NCBI GenBank assembly: GCA_041562555.1
Contig: JBFEXS010000002.1
Span: forward strand, 17,368 to 81,367
Direction of reading: 5' to 3'
Length of the DNA stretch: 64,000 nt
DNA from: Sulfurimonadaceae bacterium
GTDB lineage: Bacteria; Campylobacterota; Campylobacteria; Campylobacterales; Sulfurimonadaceae
In this document: positions 51,354 to 60,107 of the stretch, one piece after another
Layout of the letters: the number at the start of each line of letters is the position of its first letter
Numbering within the stretch: position 1 is the stretch's first letter
The notes under the pieces: model-generated
Told to the model about the DNA's origin: nothing
Databases searched by the model: none
Seen by the model: the letters and a program-made list of their open reading frames with translations, nothing else
Made by a program: the position numbers and the translations under genes

Positions 51354-52527
51354 GTTCTTTTATTTTCCATGGGAGGCCCTGCTCATTGAGTTCAGCCATA
51401 AATGGATCAGGATCAAACTCTTCCATGTTGAAGACACCTTCGGCAGACCATTTCCCTTCAACCATCAGTTTCGCACCGATCACCGCAGGTACACCAGTCG
51501 TATAGGAAACAGCTTGTGATTTGACCTCAGCATAACATTGTTCATGATCACTGACCTGATAGATATATATCTTCTTTTTCTGGCCGTCTTTTATCCCTTC
51601 CGCCACAATACCGATATTCGTCTTGCCTTTTGTTCGAGGACCTAAAGAGGCAGGATCAGGAAGAAGTGTCTTTAAAAACTCAATAGGAACGATTTTCTGC
51701 CCCTTATGTTCCACCTCTTCAATACCAAGCATCCCGACATTCTCCAGACACTGCATATGTGTAAGATAGGACTGGCCAAAGGTCATGAAGAAACGGATAC
51801 GCTTGAGTCCCTTGATATGTTTGACCAAAGATTCCATCTCTTCATGATACAGCAGGTAAGAGTCTTTAGGCCCTACTTCAGGATAGTCCCAGACCATCTT
51901 GATCTCCATCGGTTTCGTCTCGACCCATTCGCCGTTTTCCCAGTAACGTCCATTTGCCGAGACCTCACGAAGGTTTATCTCCGGATTGAAGTTTGTCGCA
52001 AAAGGGTATCCGTGATCACCGGCATTACAATCAAGGATATCGATTGTATGGATCTCATCAAAATAGTGTTTTTGTGCATAGGCACAGAAGACATTGGTCA
52101 CTCCCGGATCAAATCCCGAACCTAAAAGTGCCATCAAGCCTTTTGCTTTGAAGTCCTCATGTTTTGCCCACTGTTCTTTATACTCAAATTTCGCTTCATC
52201 AGGATGCTCATAATTGGCTGTATCCAGATAAGGGATACCTGTTTTTAAACACGCATCCATGATCGTAAGATCCTGATACGGCAATGCGACATTGATAAGA
52301 ATGTCCGCGTTAATCTCTTCGATCAAAGCTGCCAGTTCATCCGTATTATCCGCATCGACCTGAGCAATCTCTATCGCACCCTTTGGCAACTCATCAGCAA
52401 TCGTCTGACATGAGCTCAATCGTCGACTGGCAAGGGTGATCTTGCTAAAGGTGCTCTTGTTCATTACACACTTATGTGTTACAACACGTCCTACGCCGCC
52501 GGCTCCAATAATTAATACATGTGACAT
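51346..52527 (-). CDS. carboxy(nor)spermidine dehydrogenase (saccharopine dehydrogenase family)
   Basis: IIGAGGVG, NVALPYQD, YLDTANYE, GFDPG, TNFNPEINLRE, SYTTGVP; in operon with nspC. Confidence 0.93.
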   Translation of the reverse strand: MSHVLIIGAGGVGRVVTHKCVMNKSTFSKITLASRRLSSCQTIADELPKGAIEIAQVDADNTDELAALIEEINADILINVALPYQDLTIMDACLKTGIPYLDTANYEHPDEAKFEYKEQWAKHEDFKAKGLMALLGSGFDPGVTNVFCAYAQKHYFDEIHTIDILDCNAGDHGYPFATNFNPEINLREVSANGRYWENGEWVETKPMEIKMVWDYPEVGPKDSYLLYHEEMESLVKHIKGLKRIRFFMTFGQSYLTHMQCLENVGMLGIEEVEHKGQKIVPIEFLKTLLPDPASLGPRTKGKTNIGIVAEGIKDGQKKKIYIYQVSDHEQCYAEVKSQAVSYTTGVPAVIGAKLMVEGKWSAEGVFNMEEFDPDPFMAELNEQGLPWKIKELE

Positions 52528-52608
52528 CTTGTCATCCTTTATCTTTAACAGACTGCTTGAATAAGTGCTCGTTTCAAAGCGTTTATGCCAGAAGTCTTTC
52601 TCTGTTCT

Positions 52609-53778
52609 CTACGGAAATTTCAGTATAAAAAGTGTACCCTTCTTAGGCTTAGAATTTATTTCAATTTCTATATTATACCTCTGTGTGACCTGCTTGACAA
52701 TATCCAGACCGATACCAAAGCCGCCACGGTTCTTTTCAATGCGCATGTACCTCTCAAAAACCTGTTGTTGTTCGACCTCATCCATACCTTTTCCCTCGTC
52801 CTGTATATGTACCTCTTTGTTATGTATACCGATTGTGATCTGTGTATGTTTATAGCTGTATTTGATCGCATTGGAGATAAGATTATCGATAAGACGGATA
52901 CAGGCGGTTCTCTCCATAAAGAAATCAAACGAACTTTCCATCTCAGAGATCATCTTGACCTGCTTCTGTTCCGCCAAAGGGGAAAAATAGTCAATACGCT
53001 GTTCTAAAACAGCTTTCATATCGATATTCTCATCCATCTTGATTGACTTATCCAATTGCAATAAAAAGGTAAGGTCATGATAAATATCCGCAATCTGCCG
53101 GGAGGAGAGCTTGATGCGGCTCAATGCTTTTGACGGGGTCTGTTTTGAAAGCGCATCTACAGAGAGCATCAATGCAGTGATCGGAGTACTCAGCTCATGG
53201 GTCGAGTCCTTGATAAAAGCATCAATCGTATCAATCTTTTCCCTTACAGGCCGCAAAAATATCCTCCCGAGGTAGTAAGCAACAATGGAGATAAAGACTA
53301 CAGCCAAGATCCAATACAGTAAGACTTTCTCACGAAGCTCATCCAGCAAGGAGGTATACCCCGATTTTTTCACGACAATATGTTCCACTCCAAGGTGTCC
53401 CTGGGCAGCTCTTGAGATATAATACCAGTTTCCCTTGTCTTCATATGCCTTTTTTTCAAAGACAACAGTTTCTAAATGGTCCCCCTCCAAAAGTGTATTA
53501 TTCGCATCATACAATCCCACTTCATATTCATTTTCATCAGGCAACATATAGTCATTCGAATGCTTCATCGCCGACTTGATGATCTCCTCTGCCTGCATAT
53601 CCGCAAAATGCTGCATCTTCATCTGCATCATCTCCAAGGAGTTCCGTTTCTCGTTTTCATAGATCAGATATGCGATGATGGATATCAGCAGTACCGATGA
53701 TCCCACATAAAGCAATATGAAATTGATCAGGGAACGACGTTCATAATCACTCAGCTTCAATCTTAAAACCTTCTCCAT
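52609..53778 (-). CDS. sensor histidine kinase
   Basis: two TM helices, HELSTP, NLISNAIKY, DEGKG, GFGIGL; true start may be the TTG at 53760. Confidence 0.93.
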   Translation of the reverse strand: MEKVLRLKLSDYERRSLINFILLYVGSSVLLISIIAYLIYENEKRNSLEMMQMKMQHFADMQAEEIIKSAMKHSNDYMLPDENEYEVGLYDANNTLLEGDHLETVVFEKKAYEDKGNWYYISRAAQGHLGVEHIVVKKSGYTSLLDELREKVLLYWILAVVFISIVAYYLGRIFLRPVREKIDTIDAFIKDSTHELSTPITALMLSVDALSKQTPSKALSRIKLSSRQIADIYHDLTFLLQLDKSIKMDENIDMKAVLEQRIDYFSPLAEQKQVKMISEMESSFDFFMERTACIRLIDNLISNAIKYSYKHTQITIGIHNKEVHIQDEGKGMDEVEQQQVFERYMRIEKNRGGFGIGLDIVKQVTQRYNIEIEINSKPKKGTLFILKFP

Positions 53779-54394
53779 GTACGGTAACGATCATCTCTTT
53801 ACCTATGACCTGCCGCAAGTTTTTGATGTAAGTCCGCAAAGTGGCGTTCGAAGGGACTTCATCATATGCCCATAGATTGTCCATCAATTCCTGCGCACTG
53901 ACCGCGCGGTTGATATTACGAAGCAGGTAATGTAAAATCTCCGACTCTTTTTTACGAAGCTTTTCCCCGTTTACAGTATGTTCTATAGGGTTAAATCGTT
54001 TCCCGTCAGGCAAAACGATCACATCGTCACTCAGATGAAAGACCTTTTGGATCTGGAGTAGACGTACATCCAGTTCATCCATATCAAAAGGCTTCTTGAT
54101 GTATTCATCGCCTCCGACCTCATACCCCCGCTTCAGATCCTTCGTCGTATTCAAGGAGGTAATGAAAACGGCAGGTGTTTTAATACCGTTATCACGGATA
54201 CTTTCTACCAGACTAAAACCGTCTATATAGGGTACATTCACATCCAATAAAAGCAGATCGAAAGACTCTTTAAAGATCAACCTTTCAGCTTCTTCACCAT
54301 CTTCACATCCGAGGACTTCATACCCCGAGGCGAGCAGATGTTCCATTAAGATCTCATGCAATACAAGATCGTCTTCCATGAGAAGGACTTTCAT
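53747..54394 (-). CDS. OmpR-family response regulator
   Basis: VLLMEDD, LLDVNVP, KPFD, winged helix LRTYIKNLR...GEGF. Confidence 0.94.
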   Translation of the reverse strand: MKVLLMEDDLVLHEILMEHLLASGYEVLGCEDGEEAERLIFKESFDLLLLDVNVPYIDGFSLVESIRDNGIKTPAVFITSLNTTKDLKRGYEVGGDEYIKKPFDMDELDVRLLQIQKVFHLSDDVIVLPDGKRFNPIEHTVNGEKLRKKESEILHYLLRNINRAVSAQELMDNLWAYDEVPSNATLRTYIKNLRQVIGKEMIVTVHGEGFKIEAE

Positions 54395-54403
54395 ATCACT
54401 TCC

Positions 54404-54772
54404 TCACTTCACTAAACCGATATACAGGACACAGGACCATATGCATCCCGTCAACACAAGACTCAAAAAGACCAGACTTGCCCCTGCATCCTTAGCCCGT
54501 TTTGCCAATTCATGATACTCAAGTGTCACCAGGTCGACAACACGTTCAATAGCGCTATTGATCACTTCTGCCATAATAGGGATGAAAAGCGACAGCGAAA
54601 GAATAGCCTGCAGATGAAACGCCAAAGGAAGGAACCAGGCTACGGTATTAAGCCCGATGAAAAGCAAGATCTGTAGTTTAAAGGAAGACTCATGCTTTGT
54701 GATCTCTATCAGTCCCGCCAACGCATACGTCGTATTTTTAAAAAGTGTATATTTAGGTTTGTTCAATGCCAT
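54404..54772 (-). CDS. dgkA: prokaryotic diacylglycerol kinase
   Basis: E..F, AEVINSAIERVVDL, HELAKRAKDAGA. Confidence 0.93.
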   Translation of the reverse strand: MALNKPKYTLFKNTTYALAGLIEITKHESSFKLQILLFIGLNTVAWFLPLAFHLQAILSLSLFIPIMAEVINSAIERVVDLVTLEYHELAKRAKDAGASLVFLSLVLTGCIWSCVLYIGLVK

Positions 54773-54853
54773 TGCTTATCCTCTAAAGATATCATACAAG
54801 AGTATTCGTGTAATTATAGTGTAATGCCTGCAAAACCGATCATGTGAGATTGC

Positions 54854-55942
54854 TTATTTGTCTGTACAGGCATAAACATCCAACTCACCCATAGAGGGTT
54901 TCATCAAGACCCATTGTGCCGTCTCCCAGTTTAATACAGGCACCTGTTTATAGGCCAAAACAAGCTTTTCGGGCATCGGCACATCCTTGGTTTCTTGCAT
55001 AAAGCTGTCAAGAAGTTTGTAGCGTTGTTGGGAATTACGTAAAAGCTCTGAATCATACCATTGCTGTTCATCCATCTGTGCCACCTCGTCTTCGCTGTAC
55101 GCGGCTTCATTATGGTGTATAAACGGTGAGCCTTGCAGATCATAATGATTCGTCTGTATCAATAGCCCTCCTTCATCCATATAGCGTACATGTACCACTC
55201 CCTTGTGTCCGAGCTCAACCACACAGGCTTCTCCCTTTTCAACACCGCATAGGCTGATAAAACAGGGGGAACCTGTTTCCCAACTTTGCACCTCTTGCAA
55301 TGCCTCTGTATAAGAGTTGACACCCTCATCTTCAAGGAGTTTACGGATCAAAAAGGTGGGGTCGGATTTAAAGCGCGCCGAGCGCTTCCATGGTGCATAA
55401 TTGATAGCGATTGAGAATCCTTTCTTAACACCGGTCAATACGCCGACCATAGCCGTTATCCCCGCTATCTGTGCCACCTCTTCATCTGCTCTGTTTATAA
55501 AAGAGAACTTGCGGGTTGACTTGGCAATATCATCGGAACCTTTCCAGTCCAAAGAGCGAAAACAGAGCATCTGTTTGTCTTTCTCATCCCAGGCCATCAC
55601 CACAGAACACCCCATATGTGCGAGCGTATACTGCCGCTGCAAAAATGCCATAAGCGAAGGAGACATGCCTGAGAACTGATGCGCAAGATAGTCGCTTTCA
55701 TGCGTAAAATGTCCCCACCATCGGTAAACCGTATGATAGAGGATATTGGCACTCATATGTACCAGCCATTTAGGTACTCCCACTTCATAAACAAGTTTGC
55801 TCATTGCGGTACACAGCGCCTGCATACTGCTATGATCCTTTGCCATGACATCTCTCCATACCTCTTCGGCACTTTTTTCCTCAAAATAGACCTTGCGGGT
55901 CTCTTCTACTTTGATGATATTTTTATAGACATTACTGAGCAT
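54854..55942 (-). CDS. Ntn hydrolase resembling acid ceramidase/NAAA
   Basis: G-C112-S nucleophile, R129-x-x-D132, VGVLTGVK, GEACVV, QTNHYD, PVLN; 11-nt overlap with aas. Confidence 0.82.
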   Translation of the reverse strand: MLSNVYKNIIKVEETRKVYFEEKSAEEVWRDVMAKDHSSMQALCTAMSKLVYEVGVPKWLVHMSANILYHTVYRWWGHFTHESDYLAHQFSGMSPSLMAFLQRQYTLAHMGCSVVMAWDEKDKQMLCFRSLDWKGSDDIAKSTRKFSFINRADEEVAQIAGITAMVGVLTGVKKGFSIAINYAPWKRSARFKSDPTFLIRKLLEDEGVNSYTEALQEVQSWETGSPCFISLCGVEKGEACVVELGHKGVVHVRYMDEGGLLIQTNHYDLQGSPFIHHNEAAYSEDEVAQMDEQQWYDSELLRNSQQRYKLLDSFMQETKDVPMPEKLVLAYKQVPVLNWETAQWVLMKPSMGELDVYACTDK

Positions 55943-58900
55943 CGCCTAGCTCCTTGGCCAATTTTTTTGCACCTGAGAAATCACTTTTTCCGGTCCCGAG
56001 TTTTGGTATTTGATCCACTTCATACATTTCCGAAGGCAGCATCAATGGGTTCATACCCGACTCTATGAGCCCTTTTTTCAGTCCTTCAAGGTCACTGTAT
56101 CCTTGAAGGAGCAAGACAACCTTCTCGCCCTTTTTTGCATCAGGAAGATTTACCGCCAGCAGATCGATCTCACTGTCATTGATATAGGCCTTAATATACG
56201 CCTCTATACTGCCAAGGGAGACCATCTCTCCTCCCAATTTGGCAAAACGCGAATATCGATCAACGATAAAGAGGTATCCATCCTCATCAACATGTCCTTT
56301 ATCCCCTGTCTTATACCAGGTTGCACCGTCTATCTCAACCATCACTTCTGATGTCTTCGCTTCATCCTTCAAATATCCCTGCATCACCTGTGGACCGCCA
56401 ATGAGGATAAGTCCATCTTCATCTGCTTTTAACTCTTGCAGATTATCAGGGTCAACCACCTTAAATGCCGTACCCGGAAGAGGTAGACCGACACTTCCGA
56501 CCTTTGTTCCCACCTGAACACTAAAGGCTTCTGTCTCCAAGACATCCGGCAGGTTCACACTCGCGACCGGCGAACTCTCCGTCACTCCGTATCCTTCAAA
56601 GATATCCTTGTTAAACTTCACTTTAAAGGCCTCTTTTACTTCCGGACTCAATTTTTCTGCTCCCGATACTGCAAGACGCAAAGAATCAAACATCAGTGGA
56701 TGCACCTTCTTATTACGTGTATAGAGTCTGAAGAATGTCGAAGTACCGAACATGACTGTTGCGCTATACCGTGCAGCTGCACGACCGATACCCACCGCAT
56801 CTGTAGGATCAGGGTGACACACCATCGGTATGCCTTCTATCATCGGAAGCCATGTCGTTGCCGTTAGACCAAAAGCATGGAAAAGTGGCAGGGAAGCCAA
56901 TATGACATCCTCATCCCGCATATTGAGTACATCCGAAATCTGCTTGACATTAGCCATAAAGTTCTTATGACTCAACATGACCCCTTTTGGTTCCCCTTCC
57001 GAACCCGAAGAGAACAGAATAGCAGCAGTGTGTTCATTATCAACCTTATTGATATAAATCATCTTCAGAATAAACGAAGGCAGAACCTTTGCCAAGAGTA
57101 GTGTCGAGACCGCCTTGAATTTTGATATTTCACCTTTAAGTTCCTCAAGATAGACGACCCTGCATCCTGACAACAGAAGGTCCGTATCAAATCCTTTAGC
57201 CTGCAGTTTGGAAATGAACTGTCTTGCCGTATAGATAGTTTTGATCTCAGCCTTTTTTATCGCTGATACAACCGCATCGGAAGAGGCTGTATAATTAAGA
57301 TTCACAACGGTTTTTCCTGCCATCAGGGTGGCCATGTTCACGATAGCACCGGCAGAAGTCGTCGGCATCAAAATTCCAATATTCTGTTCTTCATGCTCTT
57401 TAATAAAACTTCTGAAAAGTATGGTCGCTGTCAACACTCGGGTATAGGACATGCTGTTGGTCTTGGAGTCTGCCATACAAAAATCCGAACCTAAACGTGA
57501 AGCTGTGTCAACCCATGCCTCCTGCATCGATGGAAGACTTTGTGTATATCGTTTCCATGAGCTAAAAGAGAGTTCAAACACTTTTTGCTTCACCTGTGTC
57601 CGGGTGCTGTTGATGTCTATCGGCTCTGAGAATGAGACCACGACTTCACGTTTACGGCTGTTCTTTGCCTTTTGTAGTTTCTCAGATGAGCGTGAAAAAC
57701 GGCTTCCCCACATTCCCTGAAGGTAAAAAGGTACGATGACGCCATTGGCACCCTTTGCCATATGTTCAAACCCTTTCTTAAACTCTGAAAGCTGTCCGGT
57801 ACGGCTAATGGTACCTTCAGGAAAAAGACAGACTACTTCCCCTTCATCCAACAGAGCCTTGACACGTTCAGCTGCTTCTTTGGCACCCCTTGGTGAGATC
57901 GGTATCACTTTAAAAAAGTCTAAAAAAGCCTTAAGATACCACTTCTCATAAATCGCCCTGTCCATGACGAACCGCACCTGTCGGGGTAAAGACATCTGAA
58001 TCAAGGCCCAATCCAACCATGAAATATGATTTCCCAATAGAAGCACTCCTCCACTTTGAGGAAAATGATTAAGACCCACGACATCGATCTTTATCCGGCG
58101 TGAGATCAATGACGAGATCAAAAAGATCACCATGGATTGCGGGATATAGGAGATCACATAGATCGATCCCACCAGTGCGACCACCAGCATCAGATAAAAC
58201 AGCCCTATACTGTTTAGACCAAAATAGGCGAAGACGACCGTGAGTGCCAAGAAGGAGATCATTGCGATATTCTGTATGAAATTATTTCCGGCGATCACCA
58301 GCCCGAGCTCATGATCTTTTGCATTAAACTGCAGCAAGGCATTAAGTGGGACAATAAACAGACCGGCAAAGAATCCAAAGGCCATAAAATTCAATGCATG
58401 TATCCATGTCGCCTGAACGTTGGGCAGGATCAACAGACTTATGGTAATCCCCAGAGCCCCTACCGGTATGGTTCCCGTCTCTATATAGTTTTTAGATATC
58501 TTACCTGCCATGATGGAACCGACCACGATACCGATCCCGGCCAAAGCCATCATCCCCTGTACGATGATCGTATTGTCCAAGGCAAGAGCATCTTTGGCAT
58601 AAGCCGGAAAACTTGCCAGGACGACCTGGGAGATCGACCAGAACAGGGATAGTCCGATAATGGAGTGAAAGATAATACTGTTTTGCGAGATCACCTTCAT
58701 ATTTCTTTTGAGATAACTTCCATTGAAGTATTGATTGACCTCAAAATGTATATCACTCTTGATATTCGTATCCGGAAGACGATAAGCAAGTAACAACTCT
58801 ACGATCGAGCCAAAGACCAAGGCCCATCCAATCGGTGCGATATAGTTCAGGATCTCTTCTGATGACGTATAGCTCTTCCCATCCAAGAAGCCCTCAAAAA

Positions 58901-59381
58901 ACACCGAGTAAACAACGATCCCTGCAAGTATAGATACCGTCGTCACTGCCTGTACAATACCATTCCCCAGTGTAAGGTGCCGATTTCCGACAAGCTCTTT
59001 GATATACCCGTATTTAGCCGGTGAATAGAGTGCAGACTGTACCGCAAGAATAAAGGTCAAAGCAAAAGCCAACTCAAAAGCCCCCGCGTAATATGACGCC
59101 GTGATCCCCAGGGTAATAAACACTGCTGCCCAGGCTGCATATCGCATGATCTTACTTTTTGAGTATTTATCAGACAGAAAGCCTGAAGGCGAAAACAGAA
59201 CGATAAACGGTAACAGGATGAGACCATTAACAACCGCCGTCAATATGATCTGTGTCTGTCCGTCATAGATCTTAAAGACTGTATTTTGGATAATAATCTT
59301 ATGTCCGAGGTCTGTAAAGGCATTTAAAAAAACAACGAGTATATAAGGGATAAACCCTTTGATCTTCCATATACTAGGCAT
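55932..59381 (-). CDS. aas: Aas-type fusion: MFS (LplT-like) + lysophospholipid acyltransferase + acyl-ACP synthetase
   Basis: about 12 TM helices, NHISWLD and FPEG acyltransferase motifs, SSGSEGEPKG, YGVTE, YKTGD, DRYSRFAK; start at the ATG 59381 with SD GGAG. Confidence 0.93.
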   Translation of the reverse strand: MPSIWKIKGFIPYILVVFLNAFTDLGHKIIIQNTVFKIYDGQTQIILTAVVNGLILLPFIVLFSPSGFLSDKYSKSKIMRYAAWAAVFITLGITASYYAGAFELAFALTFILAVQSALYSPAKYGYIKELVGNRHLTLGNGIVQAVTTVSILAGIVVYSVFFEGFLDGKSYTSSEEILNYIAPIGWALVFGSIVELLLAYRLPDTNIKSDIHFEVNQYFNGSYLKRNMKVISQNSIIFHSIIGLSLFWSISQVVLASFPAYAKDALALDNTIIVQGMMALAGIGIVVGSIMAGKISKNYIETGTIPVGALGITISLLILPNVQATWIHALNFMAFGFFAGLFIVPLNALLQFNAKDHELGLVIAGNNFIQNIAMISFLALTVVFAYFGLNSIGLFYLMLVVALVGSIYVISYIPQSMVIFLISSLISRRIKIDVVGLNHFPQSGGVLLLGNHISWLDWALIQMSLPRQVRFVMDRAIYEKWYLKAFLDFFKVIPISPRGAKEAAERVKALLDEGEVVCLFPEGTISRTGQLSEFKKGFEHMAKGANGVIVPFYLQGMWGSRFSRSSEKLQKAKNSRKREVVVSFSEPIDINSTRTQVKQKVFELSFSSWKRYTQSLPSMQEAWVDTASRLGSDFCMADSKTNSMSYTRVLTATILFRSFIKEHEEQNIGILMPTTSAGAIVNMATLMAGKTVVNLNYTASSDAVVSAIKKAEIKTIYTARQFISKLQAKGFDTDLLLSGCRVVYLEELKGEISKFKAVSTLLLAKVLPSFILKMIYINKVDNEHTAAILFSSGSEGEPKGVMLSHKNFMANVKQISDVLNMRDEDVILASLPLFHAFGLTATTWLPMIEGIPMVCHPDPTDAVGIGRAAARYSATVMFGTSTFFRLYTRNKKVHPLMFDSLRLAVSGAEKLSPEVKEAFKVKFNKDIFEGYGVTESSPVASVNLPDVLETEAFSVQVGTKVGSVGLPLPGTAFKVVDPDNLQELKADEDGLILIGGPQVMQGYLKDEAKTSEVMVEIDGATWYKTGDKGHVDEDGYLFIVDRYSRFAKLGGEMVSLGSIEAYIKAYINDSEIDLLAVNLPDAKKGEKVVLLLQGYSDLEGLKKGLIESGMNPLMLPSEMYEVDQIPKLGTGKSDFSGAKKLAKELGDAQ

Positions 59382-60030
59382 TGACTCTCCTTTTGTGTTC
59401 TTGTTTGGTTTGCAGGTTGAAGATATAAGGCCGTAAAGAGAGGACAAGGTCTAGAAAAAGTTCCTGCGCATGATTGCTGCCCTTGTCATCTGTCTCGATC
59501 AGCTCCGCACCGAGCTCATACTCCAAAGCAGCGAGATGTTTTGCTGCATCTGCATACGCTTTCAATAATTTCTCACCCCCGGAGGATGCTTGAAGGTCAT
59601 CCAGTATCTGCAGCATCTTCCAACTGCGATCGCTGAAATGGTTCTCATACATCTCAAGAACCCCCTCATCCACATAAGCCAGGATCTGTTCTTTAGTAAG
59701 GGAATAGATCTCCAAAGCCTCCTGCAAAGAACGGTAATGACGTTCTTTGACACCGCTGAGCAGGTCCAGCTTCTGTATCAATACGTCTATACCGTTCTCA
59801 AAATCAAACCGATTGTCATCAAAGACCTGTTTGATCTGTGTGATCGAATAATGCAACTGATGTTGCAAGGTCTTGATCAGACGGACACGTTCGATGGAAT
59901 CATCTGCATAGAGATGTACATTGGGTTTGGGTTTGGAAGGTTCTTGTAGAAGTCCTTCTTTGACATAAAAAAGAAGAGTTGAACGGGTCTCCCCTGTCGC
60001 TTTCATCAAAGCAGCCATTTTGATTGACAT
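59374..60030 (-). CDS. MerR-family transcriptional regulator
   Basis: IKMAALMKATGETRSTLLFYVKEGLL HTH, LY...IERVRLIK.LQ..L.YSI.QIK; 8-nt overlap with aas. Confidence 0.88.
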   Translation of the reverse strand: MSIKMAALMKATGETRSTLLFYVKEGLLQEPSKPKPNVHLYADDSIERVRLIKTLQHQLHYSITQIKQVFDDNRFDFENGIDVLIQKLDLLSGVKERHYRSLQEALEIYSLTKEQILAYVDEGVLEMYENHFSDRSWKMLQILDDLQASSGGEKLLKAYADAAKHLAALEYELGAELIETDDKGSNHAQELFLDLVLSLRPYIFNLQTKQEHKRRVNA

Positions 60031-60059
60031 ACATCACTCCTGAAGCTTTATACTTCAAC

Positions 60060-60107
60060 AGTATGACAAAATAATTAAAAAGTGTCAAGTGTCACTTGAC
60101 ACTTTTT
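60060..60107 (-). promoter_or_regulatory. rny terminator hairpin overlapping the -35 box of the merR-aas promoter
   Basis: AAAAAGTGTCAAGTG-T-CACTTGACACTTTTT at 60077-60107; minus strand TTGACA-N17-CATACT. Confidence 0.7.

Noticed and set aside
59382..59447. Longer aas N-terminus from the ORF track
   Set aside because: It overlaps merR deeply; the ATG at 59381 has a good SD and gives the usual start
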